A stretch of 63,531 nt of DNA, the filler included, from Conidiobolus incongruus B7586 (Eukaryota): NCBI GenBank assembly GCA_000697335.1. It is 9 parts of 9 records of this genome, joined end to end, with 100 filler letters (N's around TTAATTAATTAA, not from the genome) between each part and the next. Parts side by side here need not be neighbours in the genome. Positions count along the whole stretch, not along the records: positions 21,869 to 31,761 come from JNEM01006389.1; positions 31,862 to 41,165 come from JNEM01006390.1; 7 more parts are not named here. One strand, 5' to 3'. Positions 25,888 to 37,703 of this stretch are shown piece by piece. Position numbers and translations under genes: made by a program. The notes under the pieces are model-generated. The model did not search any database. It was not told where the DNA came from and worked only from the letters and a program-made list of their open reading frames with translations. How positions within the stretch are numbered: the first letter of the stretch is position 1; every line of letters begins with the position of its first letter.

Positions 25888-27440
25888 ATGACTTTATTAA
25901 AAATTGCTTTTATTCATCCAGATTTGGGTATTGGTAATAATCATTATAGCTTATATTATTACTATTTGGAATACTAAATCAATCAATTAGGAGGTGCCGA
26001 ACGTTTAATAGTCGATGCAGCTGTTGGTTTAAAGCAAAGAGGTCATGATATTACTATATTCACTTCTCACCATGACCCTAACCACAGTTTTCGAGAAACC
26101 AACAATAGTAATTATGTATATCTAATTTAATTAATCAATATTAATTCCATAGTAGATACTCTAAAAGTACAAGTCTACGGCGATTTTCTACCCACCAACC
26201 TCTTTGGCAAATTTTTTATTCTCTTCTCCATACTTCGAAATTTGGTACTCATTTTGACATTAATATGGAATAATAACCACTACGATGTAATTATTGTGGA
26301 CCAGTTGTCCGTGGGGATTCCGCTTTTGAAGTGGTGGGGTAAAAAGGTAAGTGTTGTTGTTTTTGAACTAATTAAGTTTTGGTGCTAATAGCTCGAGTAG
26401 GTGTTATTTTATTGTCACTTTCCCGACCTGTTATTGACTAAGAGGGAGACTATTTTTAAAAAATTATATAGACTTCCTATTGATAAATTGGAAGAATTGA
26501 CAACCGGTAAATTTAATATAAATTCTAATTAATTGTTTAATTCATTTTGTCTTTGAAAGGTTATGCTGATAAAGTAGCTGTAAATAGCGCTTTCACTAAA
26601 GAAATTTATAAATCCACGTTTCCTAATTTGAATTCGGACTTAACTATTTTGCACCCCGGTATTCAATTAAAAGCTTACGACGATTTTATCGATTTGACAG
26701 ATCCTGGTGTAAGGGCTCTATCCAGTGACAAAATTACCATTGTAAGTATCAATCGATTTGAAAGGAAGAAGAATGTTGATTTAGCAATTCAGAGTTTTCA
26801 CGCAATGCTTACTGAAAAATATTTAAACCCTAAAGAATTTGAAAATGTAAGATTGATTGTTGCTGGGGGTTACGACGAACGTGTTAAGGAGAATGTCGAA
26901 TATTTGAAGGAATTGATTAACCTTTGCAGACAGTTGGGACTTGTGTACGCTGTTTTGAAGCATGACGTCACAGAACTTAAGAAAGATGTCCAAGTTATTT
27001 TTATTCCATCTTTTAATGATGCTATCCGTACCTACCTCTTGCAAAATAGTTGTTGTCTAATTTATACACCGAGCTTTGAACACTTTGGAATTGTGCCTAT
27101 CGAAGCGATGTACGCTGGATTGCCCGTACTCGCAGTCAATTCTGGAGGTCCTTTAGAAACGATTGTCCACAACGAAACTGGCTACCTATTACCATCTGAT
27201 CCCATTCCTTTCGCTCATCATATGTCCCAATTAGTGCTCGGCAAAGTTGACGCTGCTACAATGGGCCAAAAGGGCAAGCAGCGTGTCATCGACAATTTTA
27301 CTCTCGAGCATTTCATCACCCGCATCAACGACCTCTTAATCAACCTGCATGAACAGCCCCATAATGATCAAATTCAATACCAATTCTTAGGCTTTGTAGC
27401 AATTCTTAGCTTACTTGCATGGACTTGGTTAACCTATTAA
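25888..27440 (+). CDS. ALG2: Alpha-1,3/1,6-mannosyltransferase (GT4), 5 exons
   Basis: [88 protein letters not shown] and a C-terminal TM helix. Confidence 0.97.
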
Positions 27441-28116
27441 TTTAATATATTCTCCTTCTAATATTATATATTTTTCCCTTCTTACAGTATAAATTTTTAA
27501 AAATCAAAATTAACAAAAAGTATAATAAATCAACTGTTATTAATTAATTTTTCAATGTTATTTTGGTATTCATTCCAATTATAAACAAGATAATTTCATA
27601 TTAATTTTGTATTTTATCAAATATTTTTAATCAATTTGCAAAATCTTTAAAATATTTGGTTGAATTTGAAGTATGGTTGATAATTATTGGCTTAATAATT
27701 AAATTAATAAACTAGGGGGAAGAATATCTAAGTTATAAAATATATTCAGATTTTAATAAATATTAATCCTTCCATTAAAAATATCTTCAAAATTTATCCC
27801 AATAAAAATAAAATAATGATATTTGGAGCTTGACAAATTATCAGATAGGTATTAGATTTAAAACATCAAATTTTATCCTTCAAAATTATCAACAAAATTT
27901 TTTAGGTTGAAGTTAGAATTTAGAAAATATTACAAACTATTTAATTGATTGCTTATTTTACATACAATTAAAGTGAATTCAATTTAAATTATAATATATT
28001 GATGTATAATAATACTACTAATCATTATTTCATTAGAAAATATATTCAATTTCAAAATATATATAATTACAAAGTTTAAATAATATTCTAATAATAATAT
28101 ATCATTTATTTAATTC

Positions 28117-29134
28117 TTAAGCTTTGCAAAATATTTCAGTATTAAAAATATTATAAAGATCGGTACCATTCTCCCAGAATTCTACTTTTGACTTAATGCT
28201 ATAGTTAGAAATTTCATCGTGGTATATTTGTTCTAATTTGCGATTTTTACGAATGCACATTATATCTTGACTAAGAAAAATATTTAGTTATGAATATTGC
28301 ATATAATTAATGGTATCTTACCTTCTGAGTTGAACCATTGGGCAGAAGTCATTTTGACCGTCCCCAGTATAAATGATTTTATCGTAGCTATATTTGGACA
28401 TGAGTTGCTTTAGCTCAGTGCCTAAATACTACTATTAATATAAAACTATTAAAAATAATGTTAATGGAACTACCTTTACAGAGATTCAAATTACACAATC
28501 TCCTACCATCCTTCAATTTTAGAGGACAATTGTGAGCTTGGTCCACAGGATGCTTAAAAGGTACCAAATTCAAACTGTTATCATCATTCTCAATCACTCT
28601 GTTAGTCAATATCAAATCAACACAATCTCTCAATTTGTAGTTGGTTAATATTTCATTGATGAAGAGCTCATTTCCGTCGCTAATAATCACTACATCGTGA
28701 TTCAGCTCTTTGGCCTTGGCAATCAATTCAACGACTCTGGGATGAATTGGGAAAGTCTTCAAATTTTTAACTAGATCTTGTTTGGTAAAGCCGTTTTGAA
28801 ATACTTCTTTAAATAGTTCATCCTAATTTACAATATTATTAAATATACTATATTGAGGTAGGTTTATATAGATATTTACCACTGCTAAATATCCTTCCTT
28901 AGTTCCCAAAATATTTAAAAATTTTTGTTTCATTGATTGATTTAAATTACTTATAGCCCAATAATCGCTATAATATTTTATAAATATTTATATTATTATT
29001 TTTATTATTATTACTATTTTGATTAATTTACCTGTCCCCATCTGATAAAGACCTAGTATTAATATTAATAACAGAAATTGATATAATACAGCAATAAATT
29101 ACCAATCGAAATCAAAAACAACTAAATTTTTCAT
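28117..29134 (-). CDS. HAD-superfamily phosphatase, PHOSPHO1/PHOSPHO2 (pyridoxal phosphate/phosphoethanolamine) type, 6 exons
   Basis: Spliced product MKNLVVFDFDWSLSDGDSDYW..., IISDGNELFINEIL, CNLNLCKG, IIYTGDGQNDFCP. Includes a 21-nt second exon near 29032-29052. Confidence 0.92.
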
Positions 29135-29599
29135 GATTAAAAATTAGAACGAAGATCAATACTTGATGAGCTATCATAATGGTGACTTATATTTATACTT
29201 ATTCTCAACAAACATTCAATTACAATACTAAAAATAACTCAAAATTTAATTTATTAAATTTCATATTTAGTTCATCCATTTCCAATCAATTCGAATTTTG
29301 ACACAATGCTAGTGTTGTGAATTTCAAAATCAAGAATTTATCCAAAAATAAAAATAAAAATAGATTTATTTTTAATATCATTACCTAGTTCAATAATAAT
29401 CACTTTGAATACCCAATGAACAAATAATAACCTTAATATTAACATATTTAATATTTTTACTAAATTATCAGATGATTTAAGGTGTCTATTATTGGAATTC
29501 CGCAGTTTAATGTTTACAAAGTTGTACAATTTTTATAGGATATTAATATCCGATATAATTTCAAAAATTTTCAACATTTTAAAAATAATAAACCTATTT

Positions 29600-29925
29600 T
29601 AAATATTATTAGAGCTCTTCTAGAAAGTAGACTTGTAATAAAGGTCACGTAGATTTGATAAAATGGGCCAAGGAAGACTAACGAGATACTTTAAAGGGTT
29701 TTATTAAAATATCAAGATGATCTCTGAGCGAATAGGTGCCCAGTGACTATTTTATAATGTGGTTAGTCCTTTGCCAATGTGTTGAAACTCCAATTACTGT
29801 CATAGTCTGGAATTTTTCATTGCACAAGGCTTGTGTCTGGTATTTGTGAGTGGATTACATTCGTGATCATGACGAACGTTTAAAGTTGAATGACGAGCTG
29901 ACCTCCCGATCCGCGACATTATTAA
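29600..29925 (+). repeat. Dispersed fragment homologous (inverted) to 12300-12620
   Basis: Shared blocks gataaaatgggccaag, ctaacgagatactttaaagggttttattaaaatatcaagatg and taaagttgaatg.cgagc.gac.tcccgatcc. Confidence 0.9.
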
Positions 29926-30203
29926 AAAATTTGAATTATTTTTTAAATAAAATAAAATAGAATGAAATAATATTTTGTAATTTTGTAATACATATAACAA
30001 TATTATAATTATGAAATACTTGGAATGAGGGTTAATTGAATATAATAAATATCAACTAATACCATTCCCAGTTGAAGTAAAAGTATCATTAAAATATAAC
30101 AATCTCAGATAAAGAATAGTATTAATAAGAAAAATGGATAAAAATATTTATTTGTAAAAAATCAGAATGCTTTGAATAATTTCGAAGGATAAAAAGATAA
30201 AAA

Positions 30204-30276
30204 CGATTCCACCAGGGATCGAACCTGGAATCTCTTGATCCGTAGTCAAGCGCCTTATCCATTTGGCCATGGAACC
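30204..30276 (-). tRNA. tRNA-Arg(ACG)
   Basis: GGTTCCATGGCCAAATGGATAAGGCGCTTGACTACGGATCAAGAGATTCCAGGTTCGATCCCTGGTGGAATCG: 73-nt cloverleaf, anticodon ACG, GGTTCGA T-loop, followed by an oligo-T terminator. Confidence 0.97.
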
Positions 30277-30469
30277 TTGTTTTACTCCCTCAATATATTG
30301 ATTACATATTAAGTTCATACTAAAATTATACCCCATACTATTATATATATAATTATATATTTTAATCAATAATTTTACTTGTATTTTCACAATAATTTAT
30401 TTTAATATATAATTTCTTTCCTACCATTTTTTTACTCTTAATACTCTTATTTTTACAAATAATCAATCA

Positions 30470-31255
30470 TCAAATAAGCTCTTACCACAATGATCCTTTG
30501 TCATACAAAAGTTTTGTGTGCGTGGTATAGTTGTTTTATATACTTTCTTTCCGAATGAATATTAGATCTTTACTACAATGACAATTTATAAGCTATATAG
30601 CAATTAATGAGATAGAGTTTAACTTCTCAATGGTAATACCAGACAAAAATCATTCTTGCCATCTCCAGTATAAATAATACGATTGTAATAATTTTTTTGA
30701 TAGTAAGATGTTTGATTCAGTCTCTAAAGCACATATTGATATGATTATTTATTACAATGTACCAGATCATATTTTATTATTTATCTTTACAAATGCTCAA
30801 ATTACACAACTCTCTACCATTGATTAAATGCTGACAGTTGTGGGCTTCAGCTCCAACCAAATCCAAATAAGAGACCAGAGTCAAACTACCATCGGATTCT
30901 CAATGACTCTGTTAGTCACTAACAGATCAACGAAGTTCCTGAGGCCCTTATTAGTCAGTATTTCATTAATGAGCAATTTATTTCCATCACTAATAATTAC
31001 AAAGTAGTAATAAGTTTTACAGCATTAAAATAGTTTTATAATTTTGGGATACATTATAAATGGTTTCAAAATATTGATTATGTATAGTTTGATGGAGCCT
31101 TTGTCATGTAATTGCCAGAATAAATTATTCTGATTGGAGTGTCAATAGGTTAAAATAATGTGAGTTTTGCGAATCCATTATGACTAGACAACAGGCATTA
31201 TCTAAAATATATTGGGATAAATATTTCTCAACTTTTGTGTCCAAAGGACTAAGAA
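30470..31255 (-). pseudogene. Pseudogene paralog of the adjacent HAD phosphatase
   Basis: VIISDGNKLLINEILTNKGLRNFVDLLVTNRVI, AHNCQHLINGRELCNLSICK and IIYTGDGKN align to 28117-29134. It has frameshifts and no DFDW start exon was found. Confidence 0.85.
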
Positions 31256-31399
31256 ATTGACATTAATTTATCAATAAATATATACTTACAAAATTGATAA
31301 TTAATATTATATTATTATAATTTACATATAATAATTTGTAAAAAACCTTAAATGAATTATCTTAATTTAATATTATTTTAATTCATTAAAAAATATTAT

Positions 31400-31761
31400 T
31401 ATAAATATTATTATAAAAATTAAATAATAATATAATTTTAAAATTAAAATTATTTATATAAATTTTGATATATAATATATAAAATTATAAAAATAATATA
31501 AAAATAATATACTTTTATCATTAATAACTTTTTGTTATATATTCAACATTCTTTTAAAATTTGAAAAATTATACTTTTTATTAAGAATTGAAATTTGATA
31601 TTTTATAAACTAATTAATTTTTTTGCAAAAAATTTTGTTTATAAGTTGATTTTTGAATTATTTAAAAAAATTATAATTATATAACTTATAATCTAGTTAA
31701 TATATTAAATTTAATAGTTTTTTCTAATTATTTTTAATAAAAAAATTCTTTATAATTATAT
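31400..31761 (-). mobile_element. Mariner 3' fragment, highly mutated, cut by a gap
   Basis: Collinear with 61680-61920 (gaaatttgatatttt...aaactaattaattttttgcaaaaa...ttataatctag). Confidence 0.7.
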
Positions 31762-33279
31762 NNNNNNNNNNNNNNNNNNNNNNNNNNNNNNNNNNNNNNN
31801 NNNNNTTAATTAATTAANNNNNNNNNNNNNNNNNNNNNNNNNNNNNNNNNNNNNNNNNNNNTTTTCTATCTTTTAAATAATAAATTAAGATATTAGTAAG
31901 AAATTTTAACTTTTTAAATAACTTATAATGAATTTAAATAATATTTGAATAAAACCAATATTATGTATTATATTTGTATTTAAATTATAAAACAATATTA
32001 TATATCAAATATATATTTTAAAATTATCAATTCCTTTATTTATACTATATATAATGTACTTTTATAAAATTAAAATATATTTTAAGGATTTGAAATTAAA
32101 AGAAATCTCATTCATTTATTCTTAGGTTGTATTATTAATTACACCAAAAAGAATTACTATCAAATATCTATTTTTAATTATCGATTTATAATTATAATTT
32201 CATATTAATTCCAGCTATTGTCCAAAAAAATTAATTAATTAATATATTTCAATTAGTTAAACTTTAAATTATTGGAAATATTATATTAAGTAAAGATTAT
32301 TAAATTTATAAAATATTTAAATTGATAAAGAATTATATATAAATATTAAAATATATATTTAATTTTATTCACATTCAATTTATAAATTATATCTTATATG
32401 AAAAGTTCGAAAAGGATCCTATTAAACAATTATAATTTGAAATTGTAATTATTCAAATTGTTAAAATGCATTCAAATCATATATTTCAACTTTGGAACAT
32501 ATGATATTTTCAGAATTATATTGAATTTGTTATTTTCAATTATTGAAACTCATTTTAATTATGTTTATATTTTAAAGTAAAATTATTTTCCTAATATTAT
32601 TTGAATAGTAACCAAATTACTCTAATTGATTACATTATATCAATATATTATCTTATCTTATCCATATTTCGTTATTCTTCTTTCATTTCTCAGTGTATAT
32701 CTTAGATAATTTTAGTTAAATTTATACTTTAAACTTGAAATTGATCCTATGCAAATTAAATTGATTTAAAGTGAGTATTTCGATTTGTAATAATGAAACA
32801 TATTTTTGAAAACTTCAGTTTTATTAATATATTATATATTACTGATCATATTTCAAATAATATCACGATTTTTAATTATTGGTAGTCTAGTTCAATACAA
32901 TATGGCATTAATAGTATTTTTTATCATAGTTAAATTCTACAACTATATTATTTTCATTAATTTAAAAGTTTATTCAATTATTGATCACGTTTTCAATAAT
33001 ATATTCAACCAGAATATTTTATATTGCAAAATTACATAATGTTAAACAATAGTGATAATAACAATAATATCAAAATAATTTTAATTAAATAAAACTGAAT
33101 ATGGGTTATAATATTTTAACATAATAATTTTCAATTCCATTTATAGATCCTTATAGTTAATTGATAAATAAAATATGAAAATAATCCGATCCCTAACAAT
33201 TCTTTGAAATTTACCTAGAATTTGATTTAGTATTAATGAAACATAATAAAGTTAAACTCAATTTCAATTACCTATCTCT

Positions 33280-33990
33280 GTTTATATGAAATCATTATCA
33301 ATTCTCCAATAATCACTAGTCTTTAATTATTAATTAAACTTCCGTGTTAAATATCATCATTTTACTATCAACTATATTAATCATTCCAAGAATTTATCAA
33401 ATTCTATCACTTTGCTGTGCTATTCTTTGTTAAATTTGACTCCATTCAAATAAATAGGTTAAGATTGATTATAAAAAATTTAATCAGAAGTTAGAACTTG
33501 CATTTTAGCTTTGTTGTGAACTTGATTCAAGTAATGACAATAACAATATCAATGAAAAATGGACCAATAATACTACTAAAACTTGAAAACACCAGAATAT
33601 GGAACCCACATTCCAAAAACCACCAAGACTTAGTAAAAGGAGTAGGGGCCTTAGTTCCAAGTGTTAAAATTCTGCTAATAAAATTGAAAAGTTTGTGATT
33701 GTCCTATATTGGCAACATTTAAAAAATTTTAATGTATCACTGATATTGTATAGGCTTTTAAGGCCAATAATCGTATCACATACAATGTCCACACTGATAA
33801 TTCGCATTAAAGATTGAGTATAGTAGTGACTTAGGTATTAGGACAGAGTTGAAAACATTCCAAAAGTCATCAATCCCTTAGTATAGATATTAAAAGTGAC
33901 AACTTATTTACACCAATACAGGGCCTAATATTACTGACAATTGATAATTCATTACAACTAAACAATATACTAATTTGTTACAATTAATCT
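33280..33990 (+). pseudogene. Decayed intron-containing gene remnant, unidentified
   Basis: Exon-like frames (CCELDSSNDNNNINEKWTNNTTKT*KHQNMEPTFQKPPRLSKRSRG; AFKANNRITYNVHTDNSH*) with premature stops. Confidence 0.3.
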
Positions 33991-35450
33991 AATAATTAAA
34001 CGTTGCATTAATTCCTAGTAACAAATGAACCGAATATAGTCATAAAATTTGATATTTTTAGTTTGTTGAACATTTTGAAATCAAGTTTCAAATTTTATAT
34101 TTTGAAAATTTTACTTTTGTTTTTTCTTGTGAGTGTTATATCATAATTATATTTACAATCTCATTGAAAGAATAATTATATTTGAAAAATACGTACGAAA
34201 AAGCTGTAATCTGTTTTGGGAGGAGGATTAACCCTATTATTCTAATTTTAATTTATGATTAAGGAGTTAATTGAAGGAGGAGGAGCTGATTATAATTTAG
34301 GAATTAAACCAATTACCTTTTACAAATCGATAAATAAAAACATTAAAATAATCGGTAAAATTGTATAGTTATAGATATTTTGAATGAACATATTTCAAGG
34401 TTATGATGATGATATATCTCAAACTAAAATCTAGTCTATATCCTTAATGAAAATAGACTAGTATTAATATCGAAGATTACTAATAGTTATTGATAGATAT
34501 TAATTGCATGTTTATTATTAAATTTTGGAGTTGTTATTCAATATTCTAAACAAAGCTTTAAGGACTCTTACTTATTGATGTAATTATTGGGAGTCGTTGA
34601 ATATTTATTAATTATTACCATATAGATCATGATTTTAAAGAACTTACATAATAATTATATTTTAGGCGATGTGATGGTATTGAAGTTACTATGCATATTC
34701 AATGGTCACTATATAAACTAAAATAGCTTTACTCTCCAAGAAAATGCTATTAAACTAAAACTGAATGTATCAATTAGATCGGATTGGACAAAATTAACAA
34801 TTTAGCAACAAACGCCCAATGCAACACGAAAATCAAAATTTAAAAGTTTCACCAAGTATTTTTACTTGATTTTATAGCCCCTAACCCTCTCTCTCTGATT
34901 ACCACTTAAAAATCCCATTTATTAACCACTTTCCAAAACTTGAAGTAGTATAAATACATTATCAAGTGCATACAAATTTCAATTTTTTTTATTTTTGGTA
35001 GTTTTTTGAACTGGCATAAAATTTAATTGTGGACTGATTGATTTTGGATCAAAAATTTTTTAAAGGCAATTCATTTAATTACTCGGTCCATTACACTTCC
35101 AAGTATTCATTTAGTATATATTCATTCGGTTGATTCCAGTTTATATCACTTTTTCTCTGATATTCTTATTATTTCAGGTTTTTAATTATAAAGAGTAATT
35201 TATATTATTCTTATTTACATATATAAATCTTTATTTATCAATTAACAATAATATATTGATTTGGTGAGAAAATATATCTTACCTTCGCATATATCAATTA
35301 TTTTACTGGCGTGTTAATTGGTATCCTCACTTATTGATGAATTTTTAGTTTTTTAATTATCCACTACTTAATCATAAACTGAATCTTTTTTTCATCTTTA
35401 ATTAATTAATTTCATAAATATTGGTGGTAATATAGTTTAGTTAGTGGACT

Positions 35451-37703
35451 ATGTTACCGTGTATTTTGCCCAGTGCTTCAGGTCTTTTTCTCATTATTTT
35501 GGATGCTATAGCTATTATCACTGTTGTCTATTGGTTCTTTTTAACTTATGGTGTCAAGGACTTGACCGCTGTAACGGTTGGTGCCAAATCAAATGTTTCG
35601 TTGTTGTCGAGATCGTTTAGCTCAAATAAACCGCCAAGTCCAACCCTGAGTCCAGGGAGTTCCAGTACAAGGGAGTCCCCAGAGTTGAGAGATACGAGGT
35701 CCAGTGAGAATTTAAACACCCCCAAGGTGCTACCACCCCAGAAATCACTTTTGAGGTTGCTCATCTTCTTATTAACATTGGCGAGTGCTCTTTTACTGGT
35801 GGGGCATCTCAGCTTCACATTTTTACAGAGTTATGGCAAGTGTCACCAGTCGTTCTTGAAGGCTTTTCCCAATTTAGAAGACTCGCAACAGCAGGCGAAT
35901 ACTACAAGTATTGACAGTTGGGAAGATTTTAAGAGTGAATACGTCGAGGGTCCCACAAATAATGTAGCCTATCCCAGTTCAATGATGCTGGATATTGCTA
36001 GAGCTACTCTTGTGGTTGCTCTAGTACTCTTGGTATGTGATTATCCAGGTGCTGTCCATCGCCACCTGTCAGCTTCAGTTAGTAAGAATTATTTTAAACA
36101 CTGGTGGGACTGGTTCACAAGGTTGGGTTATCTGTATGCTATCGTTTCGTTCTTCGTAACGATCGTTGTGAGGACTTTACTGTCTCCTTCAAGTCCTAAC
36201 CTTGCTTTGGTTGTGGTGAATTTATTACTTGATGTGGAACTTATAGTGTTAGCTTTGATTTTCTTTGTATACTTTATCATATTCTTGATCAAGAGGAAAG
36301 TTAAATCACCCCGAGTGCATGTATCTGTTACTTCCCCAGCCGAAGTGAATGAGCGTGCTAAAAAGAGTATGGCAAGATTGGTCGCTAAACCAATTTCATT
36401 ATTATTCGCAGAAACTTCTATGGCACTTACTATTCTACTATTGGCGCAAGCCATTACAGATATTATTCTTTTAGTTTTTTATGCGTTTGGAGACCGACCC
36501 AACACTTCAATGCCAAGAATTTCATTTTATGCACTTTATTTTATTCACTATTTGACCATTATTATTATTTTTGTGGTGATTATGTTTGTTATGTACCCAA
36601 GGTATGATCCTAATACCGGTCAACCAATTCCTCACCAACTGCCTCCTGGTGTTTCTGACAGTTGGTTGCGGTCAGAAGGCTCTCGTGGTGATTTCAGAAG
36701 ATATTCAGTTCCTACAACAATGATGCATAGAGCACCTGATGAGAGTTTTGCAGCTAATTATCTGCCCACAAATTGGCAGAATATGCAAGGAAGGATGGTG
36801 AACACAGAACGTGTAGCTAGGACACGATCAAGAGCATTGAATGATATGAGAGCTGTCAAAACCTTTAATCAATTCCCAGCGCAGAATGTAGAAACTTCTC
36901 CATCCCCTCAACCTCAGCAGCCGATAGATAATCCATTTGCCCTCCTCACTAATGTGAGCCCCAATCGAATGTCATATCCTCATCCCTACAGAAAGCGTGC
37001 ACGCAATCCAAAACACTGGAGCGTTCCTATTCATCATCAGGATGATCATGAGCATCTATCCAACCGTACGTCACAATTCACAGAATCTACAGCAACTGAG
37101 CGTGCAGGCAATTCATCCACGAACCCAATACTCTCACCAGCCTCTACACAATTCATCCCAATCGAATCACGACGCTTTGATCAACCCTCTGCACTCGGGT
37201 TGGATATTGAGAAGCCATCTCCCGCAATGACACCCCCACCACGCAAATCTAGAGGATCGATCGTCGACGACTCCTCCATCGCCATTCTCTCATCCTACGG
37301 CTATCCCATTGGCTCCTCTAAATCTCACGATGCAGAACCTAGCATGCTGCACTCGACAGTGCCAATCCGTACACGACCCCAATCGGCCGCGCATATCGAA
37401 CTCCCGCGCGAACTCCGCCTAGAACCCTCCCACCAACGTCTTTCCCTCGGGGTGATCTCGGACGCGGATAATGCCTCCTGTAGTTCGTCTCAATCTCAAA
37501 TCCGTAGCAACTACCCAGAATTCCATCCCGGCCTCCCACTCCCCAGTGCTAGTGAGCTTGCGCAACAGTTTTCGACTCCCACCCCAGACGTGAATAATAA
37601 TCCACCGAGTCCGACGGAATCTAACAGCCGATCGGACAGATCTCAGACTTTCGCGAGTCCATTTCTCAAAAGACCGATTCACGCTAGTTTTACCAAAGGC
37701 TAA
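35451..37703 (+). CDS. Orphan seven-transmembrane protein with a long disordered Ser/Pro-rich C-terminal tail (750 aa)
   Basis: Single-exon ORF with seven hydrophobic segments in the first ~385 aa, ending IIIIFVVIMFVMYP, then ~365 aa of polar low-complexity tail. Confidence 0.88.
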   Translation: MLPCILPSASGLFLIILDAIAIITVVYWFFLTYGVKDLTAVTVGAKSNVSLLSRSFSSNKPPSPTLSPGSSSTRESPELRDTRSSENLNTPKVLPPQKSLLRLLIFLLTLASALLLVGHLSFTFLQSYGKCHQSFLKAFPNLEDSQQQANTTSIDSWEDFKSEYVEGPTNNVAYPSSMMLDIARATLVVALVLLVCDYPGAVHRHLSASVSKNYFKHWWDWFTRLGYLYAIVSFFVTIVVRTLLSPSSPNLALVVVNLLLDVELIVLALIFFVYFIIFLIKRKVKSPRVHVSVTSPAEVNERAKKSMARLVAKPISLLFAETSMALTILLLAQAITDIILLVFYAFGDRPNTSMPRISFYALYFIHYLTIIIIFVVIMFVMYPRYDPNTGQPIPHQLPPGVSDSWLRSEGSRGDFRRYSVPTTMMHRAPDESFAANYLPTNWQNMQGRMVNTERVARTRSRALNDMRAVKTFNQFPAQNVETSPSPQPQQPIDNPFALLTNVSPNRMSYPHPYRKRARNPKHWSVPIHHQDDHEHLSNRTSQFTESTATERAGNSSTNPILSPASTQFIPIESRRFDQPSALGLDIEKPSPAMTPPPRKSRGSIVDDSSIAILSSYGYPIGSSKSHDAEPSMLHSTVPIRTRPQSAAHIELPRELRLEPSHQRLSLGVISDADNASCSSSQSQIRSNYPEFHPGLPLPSASELAQQFSTPTPDVNNNPPSPTESNSRSDRSQTFASPFLKRPIHASFTKG

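Noticed and set aside
30148..30390. 80-aa minus-strand ORF
   Set aside because: It overlaps the tRNA-Arg gene and is spurious.
32806..33039. Short Ile/Phe/Asn/Lys-rich ORFs (also 8523, 11232, 17731, 29338, 43589, 51607)
   Set aside because: These are expected by chance in extremely AT-rich DNA and contain no motifs.
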